Below are positions 55,736 to 64,000 of a stretch of 64,000 nucleotides of DNA, piece by piece. The notes under the pieces were generated by a model. The model was not told the DNA's origin and did not search any database. It worked only from the letters and a program-made list of their open reading frames with translations. How positions within the stretch are numbered: position 1 is the stretch's first letter; every line of letters begins with the position of its first letter. This DNA is from an uncultured SAR86 cluster bacterium (GTDB taxonomy: Bacteria; Pseudomonadota; Gammaproteobacteria; Magnimaribacterales; AG-339-G14), in contig CABXRO010000001.1 of NCBI GenBank assembly GCA_902514645.1, positions 23,301-87,300 of the forward strand, in the 5' to 3' direction. The position numbers were made by a program, and so were the translations under genes.

Positions 55736-58729
55736 ATGCGTATCAGAACAGTTTTAATTGGGATAGGTCTAGCAGGTAATTTACTGCTAGCCCTCTCTTT
55801 GTTTTTTCTTTTCAACTACAGAGACACTACTCAAAAGAGTTTCGCTAACGAATCTTTAGTATCCACTTATGAAGCTGCATGGTTTCAAACTTTAGAAACC
55901 TCTATTGATGCCATCTCAGCGTGGCTTCCAGTAACTGGAGAAAGAGGAAATTTTTGGGATCCAGAGAATCCAATATATCCAGAAGAAGAGTTATCGTCTC
56001 CAGATCACTCTTTTGCAAATCCTTTAATTCAATTTATTACAGATAAAAACATTGGGGAGGCAGGATATTTACTTGATTTGATGTTTGAATTTGATTTGGA
56101 TGAAGGTAATCTTAGTTTCATCAAAGCCTATTATCCTGATGGGCAAAGATTTTACTGTTCGAGCGCTCTTGATCTCTCAGGAATTGATGCTTGTAATCCT
56201 CAAGCTCAAAATGAATACGATAATAATTTAAGTGAATTTTTGGTTGAAGCCGGTAAAAGGCCTAGGCGTTTTTTACAAAAAATAACTGATTCGACTGGCG
56301 AAAATATTTCAACCTTGAATCAAATGATGGCTTTTCCAGTAAAAGCTTTTAGTAGAAATGCTGAAGCAATCATTGTTATGGGAATTGATGTGAGAAAATC
56401 AATGGAAACTTTTGGGGATGAGTTTGAATTAGTAACGGCTGTACAAACAGAAGAAGGAATTATTTCACTAGGTGATGATTATGCGAGGTATGAGTCAGGC
56501 TTAGAATTAGATGAAACTTCTAATTTTGGAATTACAAATATAAAAGGTCATGTTGATAAAGCTAATCTAAATCTTAAAGAAAATGGAAATAGAACTTCTA
56601 CAAGAGATTCTGATTTAGGATCTCTAATTACATTGTTGCCATTGAGCTCATATCTTTCATCTGATAAGGCACAGCTTTTCATTTTTAGGGATGAAAGTGA
56701 AAGTATTGCTCAAGAAAACGCAATTCTAAATTCAATCTACATAATAATTGTGATTGTTATTTTTCTAGTAATTGCCTTCACCTCTGTAATTCTCGCAAGT
56801 GTATTTGGATCAGTAAATAAAGCTATCGAGGTCTTACAAGCACTCACAAGTGGAGACTTATCGAAAACTATGCCTCAAAGAAGAGGAATCTTAAGATCGG
56901 AAAATGATGAAGTAGGAGAATTAGCTAAAGCCCTTGAAATTTATAGAGGACACCTTAATGAAATGGAAAATATAAGGACAGAACAGGCGCAAAGAAGAAA
57001 AGAAAGAGACACGGCAATTATTGAAAAAATGAGTATCTTAGCTGACGAGCTCGAGGGTGACTCAAGAACTTTGATCTTGAATGACATAAATAGAATGCAA
57101 AATCTTGCACAAGAAAGTTCTCAAGAAAAAGGAGAAGAAGCATCTGTGGAATTGATGACTGTAGCTTTTACCAGAATGGCAGATGAAGTTCAGGTACTAA
57201 TTGATACTCGTACCAAAGAGATGGAAGAATCTAGAGATGAAGCTTTAGAAGCCAACGAACAAAGAAGTAAGTTTTTCGCGAATATGAGTCATGAACTCAG
57301 AACACCACTGAATGCAATATTGGGTTATGGAGAAATGCTCTATGAAGAGTGTGAAGACCTAGGTTATGAAGATTTGATGCCAGACTTAAAAAAAATTACT
57401 ACTTCTGGAACTCATTTATTATCTTTGATAAATAATATTTTAGATCTATCAAAAATAGAATCCGGCAAGATGGAGTTATTTGTTACAAGTTTTGAGATAG
57501 AGAAAGTAGTTGAAACTTTAAGGGACATAAATGCTCCCTTGGCAGCAAAAAATGATAATGGATTTAAGATTAATGTTCAGGAAGCAATAGGATCAATGTC
57601 TCAAGATGAAACTAAGCTAAGGCAGTGTGTGACAAATTTTTTAAGCAATGCGTTTAAATTTACAAACAATGGCCTGGTTACTCTAGATGTATCTTCTTTA
57701 ATTCAAAATGATGTTGAAATGATTGAGTTCAAAGTAACTGATGATGGGGAAGGAATGAGTGAAGAAGGAGTCTCAAAGGTATTTGAAGAGTATGAGCAAG
57801 CAGAGAGGTCAACTTCGGCTACTCATGGAGGAACAGGTTTGGGTCTTCCGATAAGCAAAAGATTTGCTGAATTGATGGGTGGTGGCGTCACTGTTTCAAG
57901 CGAGAAAGGAGTTGGATCTGTTTTTTCTATATACATACCAAGAGTATGTGAGGAATCAGAAGAACTTGAAAATCAAGAAATTAAATCTCTAGAAGGAGAG
58001 AATATTTGTGTCTTAATTGATGATGATATTGCTATGCACGACTTGATTAAGAGAACTGTAAAGAAAGCTGGAATGACTTTAATTGGAGCAACTAATGGCG
58101 AGCAGGGCCTTAGTATGATCAGAGAATCAAATCCAAAACTTATATTGTTGGACGTATTGATGCCAGGAAGAGACGGTTGGTCTATATTAAAAGAATGTAA
58201 ATCTGATGAGTCTATAAAAAATATTCCCGTGATAATGGTCTCCCAAATGTCTCAAGAATCTCTTGCCTTTTCACTTGGTGCAGATGACTATCTTACAAAG
58301 CCGATTGATAGAGATAGGTTCTTAAAAGTGGTTACAGACTTATTAGGCGATTCTTCAAATAATAAAATTTTAATTGTAGATGATGATTCAAATACCCGTG
58401 ATATTTTAGGAAGAGCCCTAAAAGACGTAGGATACGAGCCATATCTGGCAAAAGATGGTAAAGAAGGCTTGGATAAACTAGATAAAAATCCTGCCCTAAT
58501 TGTTCTAGATTTAGAAATGCCAAGAATGGATGGTTTTGAATTCTTAGAAAATTTTGTAGATATGGATTTTGAAGAAAAACCAAACATTCTTGTTTACTCG
58601 GGAAAAGATTTGTCGGAGGTTCAGGAAGAACTTTTAAGAAAAAATGTGGCAGGTTTAGTAAAAAAAGATGAAGTATCTATTAATCAATTACCAGCAATGG
58701 TTACAAAATTATTAGGAAGTAAAAACTAA
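55736..58729 (+). CDS. Hybrid sensor histidine kinase with a large periplasmic domain, HAMP, HisKA, HATPase_c and two receiver domains
   Basis: TM at aa 5-26 and 333-356. H-box MSHELRTPLNAILGY (His519, nt 57290-57292). N-box NFLSNAFKFT, G-boxes DDGEGM / GGTGLGL. REC Asp806 (LILLDVLMP) and Asp925 (LIVLDLEMP). Confidence 0.92.
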   Translation: MRIRTVLIGIGLAGNLLLALSLFFLFNYRDTTQKSFANESLVSTYEAAWFQTLETSIDAISAWLPVTGERGNFWDPENPIYPEEELSSPDHSFANPLIQFITDKNIGEAGYLLDLMFEFDLDEGNLSFIKAYYPDGQRFYCSSALDLSGIDACNPQAQNEYDNNLSEFLVEAGKRPRRFLQKITDSTGENISTLNQMMAFPVKAFSRNAEAIIVMGIDVRKSMETFGDEFELVTAVQTEEGIISLGDDYARYESGLELDETSNFGITNIKGHVDKANLNLKENGNRTSTRDSDLGSLITLLPLSSYLSSDKAQLFIFRDESESIAQENAILNSIYIIIVIVIFLVIAFTSVILASVFGSVNKAIEVLQALTSGDLSKTMPQRRGILRSENDEVGELAKALEIYRGHLNEMENIRTEQAQRRKERDTAIIEKMSILADELEGDSRTLILNDINRMQNLAQESSQEKGEEASVELMTVAFTRMADEVQVLIDTRTKEMEESRDEALEANEQRSKFFANMSHELRTPLNAILGYGEMLYEECEDLGYEDLMPDLKKITTSGTHLLSLINNILDLSKIESGKMELFVTSFEIEKVVETLRDINAPLAAKNDNGFKINVQEAIGSMSQDETKLRQCVTNFLSNAFKFTNNGLVTLDVSSLIQNDVEMIEFKVTDDGEGMSEEGVSKVFEEYEQAERSTSATHGGTGLGLPISKRFAELMGGGVTVSSEKGVGSVFSIYIPRVCEESEELENQEIKSLEGENICVLIDDDIAMHDLIKRTVKKAGMTLIGATNGEQGLSMIRESNPKLILLDVLMPGRDGWSILKECKSDESIKNIPVIMVSQMSQESLAFSLGADDYLTKPIDRDRFLKVVTDLLGDSSNNKILIVDDDSNTRDILGRALKDVGYEPYLAKDGKEGLDKLDKNPALIVLDLEMPRMDGFEFLENFVDMDFEEKPNILVYSGKDLSEVQEELLRKNVAGLVKKDEVSINQLPAMVTKLLGSKN

Positions 58730-59091
58730 GTTCCTAAATTCGATTCAATTTTTTCTAAAAGCCTTTTGAAATCAACCGGCTTTGTATCAAAATCATCAGC
58801 TCCACATTCCAAAGCCTTTTGACGGTCATGTTCCATAGCATGTGCTGTAAGAGCAATTATTGGAATGCTTGAAATTTCTGGATCGGCCTTTGCTTGGGTG
58901 GTTGCTTCCCATCCATCTAAAACAGGCAATCCCATATCCATTAAAACCAAATCAGGATTTTCAGATTTCATTTTTTCTAACCCTTCTTGTCCATCAAAAG
59001 CAAAAATGACCTCAAACTCCCTTCTAGTCAAACGTCTGCCTAACATATCGCGGTTCATTTCATTGTCTTCTATATACAGAATCTTTTTCAT
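58726..59091 (-). CDS. Single-domain response regulator (CheY-like)
   Basis: 121 aa. ILYIEDNEMN, DLVLMDMGLPVLDG, ALTAHA, KP. AAGGAG Shine-Dalgarno upstream. Confidence 0.9.
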   Translation of the reverse strand: MKKILYIEDNEMNRDMLGRRLTRREFEVIFAFDGQEGLEKMKSENPDLVLMDMGLPVLDGWEATTQAKADPEISSIPIIALTAHAMEHDRQKALECGADDFDTKPVDFKRLLEKIESNLGT

Positions 59092-59102
59092 AACTTTCTC
59101 CT

Positions 59103-60557
59103 TCAGTTATAGATAAACTTATTTCTTCCCCCTTCTTTAGCTTTATAGAGTCTTTCATCAGCAAGGTTTACAAGTTCTTCTTGATCCTTAACTTCTGATG
59201 AGTTAATTACTCCACCACTTATAGTAATATTTATTTTAGTATCTTGAAAGGGAATAGAAAGATCTATTACTGCTTGTCTGATTTTTTCACAATAATCTTG
59301 AAGATCTAAATCATCTTTGTTCTCAATCACGGCTATAAACTCTTCTCCGCCAACCCTGCCTATTACATTATTACCGCAAGCATCTCTAAGACTATGTGCA
59401 ACTGCTTTCAAAACTTCGTCTCCTCCAGGATGCCCGTAGGTATCGTTTATAGACTTGAAGAAATCAATATCCATTGATAGTAATGCAAATTCGTATGAAT
59501 TTTTTTGATTCAACTTATCAAAACAATCCTCAATCTTATCGAAAACAACCTGTCTGTTGAAAATACCAGTCAGAGGACAAGTTGTTGCCTTTAAATTTAA
59601 TTCTTTTAAAAGCTCTTGTTCTCTAGCTCTGAAATATTTTGCCTCTAAACTTGCTATGGACTTAGCCATTAAGATTGTCCCATTTAATGGTTTAGGCAGA
59701 TAATCGGATGCTCCTAGTTTTATGCACTTTGCTGTGCTGTCAACATCATTAAAAGCTGAAACCATTATGATTGGAAGTTCGTCTCTCTCGTGATTATTTC
59801 TGAATCGTTTTAAAAGTTCTAAGCCATTGATATCTGGCAACATGACATCAAGCAGTATTAAATCTGGAGTTTTAGCATCAACCTCTTTTATAGCAGTTGT
59901 TCCATCAAAGGCTACTCTGCAAGAAAGACCGTTTTGAGAAAGTCTTCTTTCTAAAACTTCACAGTTTGTCTTATTATCATCCACAATTAAAACGTCTGAT
60001 CCTTTGAGATGATCATCGATATCAAGACTATAATCAATGTCACCCAAAGATCGAAAAAGTGATTCTGCATTTTGGATTTGGCCTTGCTCTGAATCTTCTG
60101 CAGCGCTTTCATTTAAATCGCCCTTAATAAAATCAACGAATCTCTCTATGGCCGTTTCGGTTTCCCTTGATAGAGATAAAATTGTGTTTAAATCTTTTAT
60201 GCATTCTTCAGAAAGATCTTTTTCAAAGTCTTCTATGAGAATTTCGCTATATCCAATAATCGCATTTAAAGGAGTTCTTAAATTATGTCTAAGTTCTGAA
60301 TATTCTTGATTCGTTTTAGTTTTTTTATCTGTAGCGGTATTTTCTTTGAATGCATCTTCATATTGACTTAGAAGCTTATCTTCCGCTTCCTTAATTTGGT
60401 TTATTTCAGAGTTAATGTCTAAATTATTTTCTGCTGCAAATTGCTCAACTAAATCTATATATTGCTCAATTGCTTCAGCTGGAGCTGAAAACTCTTGTTT
60501 AATTTGAGCAAGTAATATTTTTTCTGCGCCTTTTGAAGGTTTTTCTTGTAACCCCAT
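59103..60557 (-). CDS. Response-regulator diguanylate cyclase with N-terminal tandem DHp (HisKA-like) units and no ATPase domain
   Basis: 484 aa from the Met at 60557 (TAATG overlap with the EAL gene). Degenerate H-box IKQEFSAPAEAIEQY, intact H-box LRHNLRTPLNAIIGY (His91), REC (Asp237) and GGDEF domain with GGEEF. Confidence 0.88.
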   Translation of the reverse strand: MGLQEKPSKGAEKILLAQIKQEFSAPAEAIEQYIDLVEQFAAENNLDINSEINQIKEAEDKLLSQYEDAFKENTATDKKTKTNQEYSELRHNLRTPLNAIIGYSEILIEDFEKDLSEECIKDLNTILSLSRETETAIERFVDFIKGDLNESAAEDSEQGQIQNAESLFRSLGDIDYSLDIDDHLKGSDVLIVDDNKTNCEVLERRLSQNGLSCRVAFDGTTAIKEVDAKTPDLILLDVMLPDINGLELLKRFRNNHERDELPIIMVSAFNDVDSTAKCIKLGASDYLPKPLNGTILMAKSIASLEAKYFRAREQELLKELNLKATTCPLTGIFNRQVVFDKIEDCFDKLNQKNSYEFALLSMDIDFFKSINDTYGHPGGDEVLKAVAHSLRDACGNNVIGRVGGEEFIAVIENKDDLDLQDYCEKIRQAVIDLSIPFQDTKINITISGGVINSSEVKDQEELVNLADERLYKAKEGGRNKFIYN

Positions 60558-61645
60558 TAAAATTCCTCCTTGAACTCTTTTAAAAACTGAGGACGATGAT
60601 GAAAATATCCTTGACCACTCTGACATCCTAGCTTTTGGAAGGTCTCTTGTTGTTCTTTGGTTTCTATTCCCTCTGCCAACATTCCCAGATCCATGTTTTT
60701 GCAAATTGTTACTACAAACCTTACTAGCTCCTGAGTATCCTCTTCAGAAACAGTTCTCGAAAAATCTTTATCAAGTTTTACCAAGGTTATAGGCAAATCC
60801 CTCAAATAACTTAACGAAGAATAGCCAGCTCCAAAATCATCAAGTGCAAGGGGTATGCCATGCTCCTTCAAATTTTCAAAATATTTTGCTGCCCTTTCTC
60901 TATCTTCCAATTCAGCTGTTTCTGTTATTTCCAAACCAAGGTCGCCGGGATTTAAGTTATTTTCTTTCACAAAATCCAGAATGATTTTACAAAAATTGTC
61001 CTGCATTGCTGTATGAGCAGAAACATTTAGATATACGGTAAAGTCTAAATTCTTTTCTTTTTTGAAAACAAAAATTTCTTTTAGCTTTTGCATCGATGCC
61101 AAGACTACTAAAGAGAAGAGACTCTCGCCTTCAACAAGCGGTATTAATAAATTATTTGGAATAATATTTCCTTCTTCGTCCCTAAGCCTCAAAAGAGCTT
61201 CAACACTAACAAGTTCTCCTGTTCTTAAGTCATATTGCTTTTGATAAGCCATATCTATTCGATCATTCTCTAAACAAGCAATAGAATTCTTTAAAGCATC
61301 TAAAGCAGCTTCAGATTGAGCTAAGACTTCAACTAAAAAAAATGTCCTTTTTTTGTCTAATGGAATCTCATGGATTCTCGATCGTAGAAAAAATCTTATC
61401 TTTCTCAAAGAAAGCTCTAAATCAGATTGAAAAGAGGATCCAATTGCTTCGATCTTTTTTGAAGAGCCGCTAGATACAATAGGTGCGATATTTATATCTT
61501 TTATTGAAGGTGTATCGAAAACATATTGGGCGGACTGATTCATCCATTCTACTCCATCTTCTTTGCAGAAAATTAGATATGGACTTGGGTGATGTTGTAA
61601 AGATTTAATTAAATATTTGGCTTGTTGATCCTTAATTATTGTCAT
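60557..61645 (-). CDS. EAL-domain c-di-GMP phosphodiesterase with an uncharacterised (PAS-like?) N-terminal domain
   Basis: The catalytic set is all present: EALLRL, N in YLNVS, EITE, DDFGAGYSS, KLDK, EGIE, QGYF. Confidence 0.87.
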   Translation of the reverse strand: MTIIKDQQAKYLIKSLQHHPSPYLIFCKEDGVEWMNQSAQYVFDTPSIKDINIAPIVSSGSSKKIEAIGSSFQSDLELSLRKIRFFLRSRIHEIPLDKKRTFFLVEVLAQSEAALDALKNSIACLENDRIDMAYQKQYDLRTGELVSVEALLRLRDEEGNIIPNNLLIPLVEGESLFSLVVLASMQKLKEIFVFKKEKNLDFTVYLNVSAHTAMQDNFCKIILDFVKENNLNPGDLGLEITETAELEDRERAAKYFENLKEHGIPLALDDFGAGYSSLSYLRDLPITLVKLDKDFSRTVSEEDTQELVRFVVTICKNMDLGMLAEGIETKEQQETFQKLGCQSGQGYFHHRPQFLKEFKEEF

Positions 61646-62099
61646 CTTCTATTAACTCCTCTACTACATCAACAAAACTATCGTTGAAAGTTGTTTTCAT
61701 AAAAGACCAAAGCTTTAAATGATACTCAGACCTAAATAAAGTTTTGAAAGACCTTTTATAGTTTTCCCACTCCCCCTTATCAATCATGCCTATAGTGTAT
61801 TGATAATGCTGATTTTCTCTAGATCTCAGCATGATACTAAAATAGGACATATATTTTGCATCTTCTTCAGGTGATAATTCTTCATTGTTTCTGAGTTTTA
61901 ATTTTATTTTTACCATACTTTTTTTCATACCCTCTAAAGCAATTTCTTGATGGCTATCTGCAACGTTTTGCCTCGCATTTGCTCTCGCAACTCTATTTTG
62001 TTCTCTCATTTCTTGAATTAAATAGTAAATTGAAGCTATACCACCAATAGCGGCAAGCCCTCCCAAAATGCTGCTTAGGTATTCTAGTAAAAATCCCAT
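61632..62099 (-). CDS. Hypothetical single-TM protein (first gene of the c-di-GMP operon)
   Basis: 155 aa. N-terminal TM (ILGGLAAIGGIASIYYLI) followed by a charged helical domain. Overlaps the EAL gene start by 14 nt. Confidence 0.5.
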   Translation of the reverse strand: MGFLLEYLSSILGGLAAIGGIASIYYLIQEMREQNRVARANARQNVADSHQEIALEGMKKSMVKIKLKLRNNEELSPEEDAKYMSYFSIMLRSRENQHYQYTIGMIDKGEWENYKRSFKTLFRSEYHLKLWSFMKTTFNDSFVDVVEELIEDDNN

Positions 62100-62154
62100 A
62101 TTAAAAATTTAGAGTTAAAGAATAATAGGTTTTGGTTATTTTTTGAAATTATTT

Positions 62155-62700
62155 TTACAATTTAATATCAAATGTAGGAACATCATCGAAGCTCAAACCG
62201 TTTTTATCTTTTTCAGATATAAGGATTGGTTCAAAAGGCAATTCAATATTTATTTTTTTGTCGTTGTACTTTAATGTGAATTCATCTTTAGGATTCCAAA
62301 AATCTGAGACTTTATAAAAGACTTTTGTGTCGTCCTGCAGCGCAAGAAACCCGTGAGCAAAACCTTCTGGGATAAAGATTTGCTTATTATTTTTACTAGA
62401 AATTTCAAAAGTACACCAATCTCCAAAGGTTTTAGAGGATTTTCTCAAATCGACAACAATATCAAGTATTTCTCCTGATAGAACACTTACTAATTTTGCT
62501 TGAGGAAATTCATATTGAAAATGTAACCCCCTAAAAACCCCTTTTTTAGAAATACTAAAATTATCTTGAACAAAAGTAATATTATTTTTCAGCGAATAAT
62601 TAAAATGTTTTGAATTAAAGCTTTCCATAAAACTTCCTCTATCATCCTGAAATTCTTTCTGAGTAATTTCGACAATCCCTTCTAAGACTTCTCTTTTCAT
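62155..62700 (-). CDS. rfbC: dTDP-4-dehydrorhamnose 3,5-epimerase
   Basis: DDRGSF, RGLHFQ, QAKLVSV, GFAHGF motifs of RmlC. Confidence 0.93.
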   Translation of the reverse strand: MKREVLEGIVEITQKEFQDDRGSFMESFNSKHFNYSLKNNITFVQDNFSISKKGVFRGLHFQYEFPQAKLVSVLSGEILDIVVDLRKSSKTFGDWCTFEISSKNNKQIFIPEGFAHGFLALQDDTKVFYKVSDFWNPKDEFTLKYNDKKINIELPFEPILISEKDKNGLSFDDVPTFDIKL

Positions 62701-63569
62701 TTCGAACTTATTACCTTTATCAAATAATTACCATAGGAACTCGATGAAACATTAATAATTTCTTTCACTTGTTTTCTTGAAATCCACTTATTTCTAAAAG
62801 CAATCTCTTCCAAACATGCTATTTTATTTTTTTGTTTAGCCTGACTCTTGGATACAAAGTTTGAAGCTTTTAATAAACTATCAAAAGTACCGCAATCAAG
62901 CCAAACTGATTCTTTTCTAAGTTCGCTTACTCTTAATTTTCCGGCTTTTAAGTAAATCTCATTAAGATCTGAAATCTCAAGTTCACCTCTTTTGGAAGGA
63001 GATAGTTTTTTTGCTTTTTTGCTTACATCTTTTGGAAAAAAATATAGGCCCGTAATCGCCCTATTTGTCTTTGGCTTTTTAGGTTTTTCAATAATTTTAA
63101 AAGGCTTGTTGTTTTTCTTTTCAAGTACACCAAATCTTTCAGGATCTTTTACAGGGTAAGTTAAAACTGATGCGTTAGAGATATCTTCATCAGCTTTTTT
63201 GAGAGCTCTTATTAAATCCTTACCATGGAATAAATTGTCTCCCAAAATTAGACAACAGGGATCTGATTTAAGAAATTTTTCACCTAATAACAAAGCTTGT
63301 GCTATCCCATTAGGCTTATTTTGGATTTTATATGAAAAATTTATTCCCCATTTTTTTCCACTTTGAAGTAATGATTTATATCTTGGCATATCTTCAGGTG
63401 AAGAGATAATTAAAATTTCTTTTATCCCAACCATCATTAAAATTGATAAAGGATAGTAGATCATTGGTTTGTCATAGATAGGAAGAAGCTGCTTAGAAGA
63501 AACGTCAGTTAAAGGATGTAGTCTTGATCCTGATCCGCCAGCTAAGATAATTCCTTTTCTTTTTGACAT
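62697..63569 (-). CDS. rfbA: Glucose-1-phosphate thymidylyltransferase
   Basis: KGIILAGGSGSRLHPLT, IYDKPMIYYPLS, LGDN, EKPKKPKTN, WLDCGT. Confidence 0.95.
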   Translation of the reverse strand: MSKRKGIILAGGSGSRLHPLTDVSSKQLLPIYDKPMIYYPLSILMMVGIKEILIISSPEDMPRYKSLLQSGKKWGINFSYKIQNKPNGIAQALLLGEKFLKSDPCCLILGDNLFHGKDLIRALKKADEDISNASVLTYPVKDPERFGVLEKKNNKPFKIIEKPKKPKTNRAITGLYFFPKDVSKKAKKLSPSKRGELEISDLNEIYLKAGKLRVSELRKESVWLDCGTFDSLLKASNFVSKSQAKQKNKIACLEEIAFRNKWISRKQVKEIINVSSSSYGNYLIKVISSK

Positions 63570-63574
63570 TTTTT

Positions 63575-64000
63575 TTACTTAAATATTTCTAAAATACTTT
63601 TTTCCCAGCTAGGTATTGAGAGAGAAAATTCTTTTTTAATTTTATCAGACGATAGATGAGAATATTTTGGCCTATTTGCCTTAAAATTCATTTCTTCAGA
63701 AGAAACAGGAGTGAGACTTATATCTGCAAACTTAGATTTTTTCTTGCGATTTTTACAAATCCTTTGAGCGAATTTACTGAATTCAAACCAAGTACCCGAA
63801 GAAGGTCCAACTAAATTATATATTTCACCTAGTGAGTTTACTTTCTCTATTTTAAGAGAAGAAAGAATTTTATTTATTGCTTCTGCTAAAAAATCAGAAT
63901 GATTGAGAGAAGTAATTTGGTCATCAACTATTTTGAGTTCTTTTTGTGTTTCTGCTGCCAACATAATTTTATTGATAAAGTTATTTGTGTTATTTGAAAT
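63575..64000 (-). CDS. rfbD: dTDP-4-dehydrorhamnose reductase, C-terminal part (gene continues beyond the window edge)
   Basis: The reading frame stays open through 64000 (..ISNNTNNFINKIMLAAETQKELKIVDDQITS..), matching the RmlD block NNF..TML.LA.....L.V..DQ. The Met at 63964 is internal. Confidence 0.85.
   Translation of the reverse strand: MSNNTNNFINKIMLAAETQKELKIVDDQITSLNHSDFLAEAINKILSSLKIEKVNSLGEIYNLVGPSSGTWFEFSKFAQRICKNRKKKSKFADISLTPVSSEEMNFKANRPKYSHLSSDKIKKEFSLSIPSWEKSILEIFK

Noticed and set aside
60558-60704. A 49-codon N-terminal extension of the GGDEF ORF (MQKHGSGNVGRGNRNQ...).
   Set aside because: It overlaps the well-conserved C-terminus of the EAL gene out of frame and has low-complexity, non-domain sequence. 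The Met at 60557 gives a clean TAATG coupling instead.
1-64000. A search for CRISPR arrays, IS elements, integrases, prophage genes, toxin-antitoxin pairs or known defence-system genes.
   Set aside because: I saw no repeat-spacer periodicity, no transposase, integrase or phage-like ORFs, and no small paired ORFs. A manual scan cannot exclude short degenerate repeats.

Overview
This window is visibly AT-rich (roughly one-third G+C by eye, not computed) and extremely gene-dense. It is chromosomal DNA that looks like it comes from a streamlined marine-type gammaproteobacterium. The gene orders yggS-proC-yggT-metX-metW-rdgB, trmB-thiG-thiS-rpoH and mutY-yggX-tRNA-Phe are gammaproteobacterial. I call about 75 protein genes, one tRNA-Phe(GAA), one clear bidirectional intrinsic terminator and a few candidate regulatory sites. 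I see no rRNA, CRISPR array, transposase, integrase or phage genes.

Content from left to right:
- gpmA, hisBHAF, mutY-yggX and tRNA-Phe.
- An accessory-looking oxidative and uptake region: CoA-transferase, DUF3604 lipoprotein, orphan P450, a 966-aa TonB-dependent receptor, a Zn-ADH/SDR/ABM operon, nitronate monooxygenase, DUF1295, GlcG, GST and ABM.
- zapE-hspQ, NRDE-rppH-HAD and TauE-lgt-thyA-folA.
- A six-gene TonB2-type energiser cluster: DUF3450, long MotA/ExbB, ExbB, ExbD, TonB and a TPR protein.
- efp-argS-yggS-proC-yggT-metXW-rdgB, trmB-thiGS-rpoH, cysQ-like, crotonase and yaaA.
- A split TRAP transporter, uvrD and nadB.
- A signalling locus: a secreted TonB_C-only protein and a hybrid histidine kinase, converging on a TM protein/EAL/DHp-REC-GGDEF/CheY operon.
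- rfbC, rfbA and a partial rfbD.

The most unusual item is the signalling locus. Its diguanylate cyclase carries two tandem histidine-kinase DHp-like units, one with Gln and one with His at the phosphoacceptor position. It has no ATPase domain, which suggests a single-chain Hpt-like relay. Other observations worth a second look:
- A zapE gene whose N-terminal homology lies upstream of any canonical start codon.
- A good sigma-32 promoter match in front of hspQ.
- A terminator-like hairpin plus U8 in the leader of the TonB2 operon.
- Pervasive stop-on-stop overlaps of convergent genes.

All functional calls rest on my reading of the translated ORFs (motifs and remembered family resemblance). 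No database search was run.
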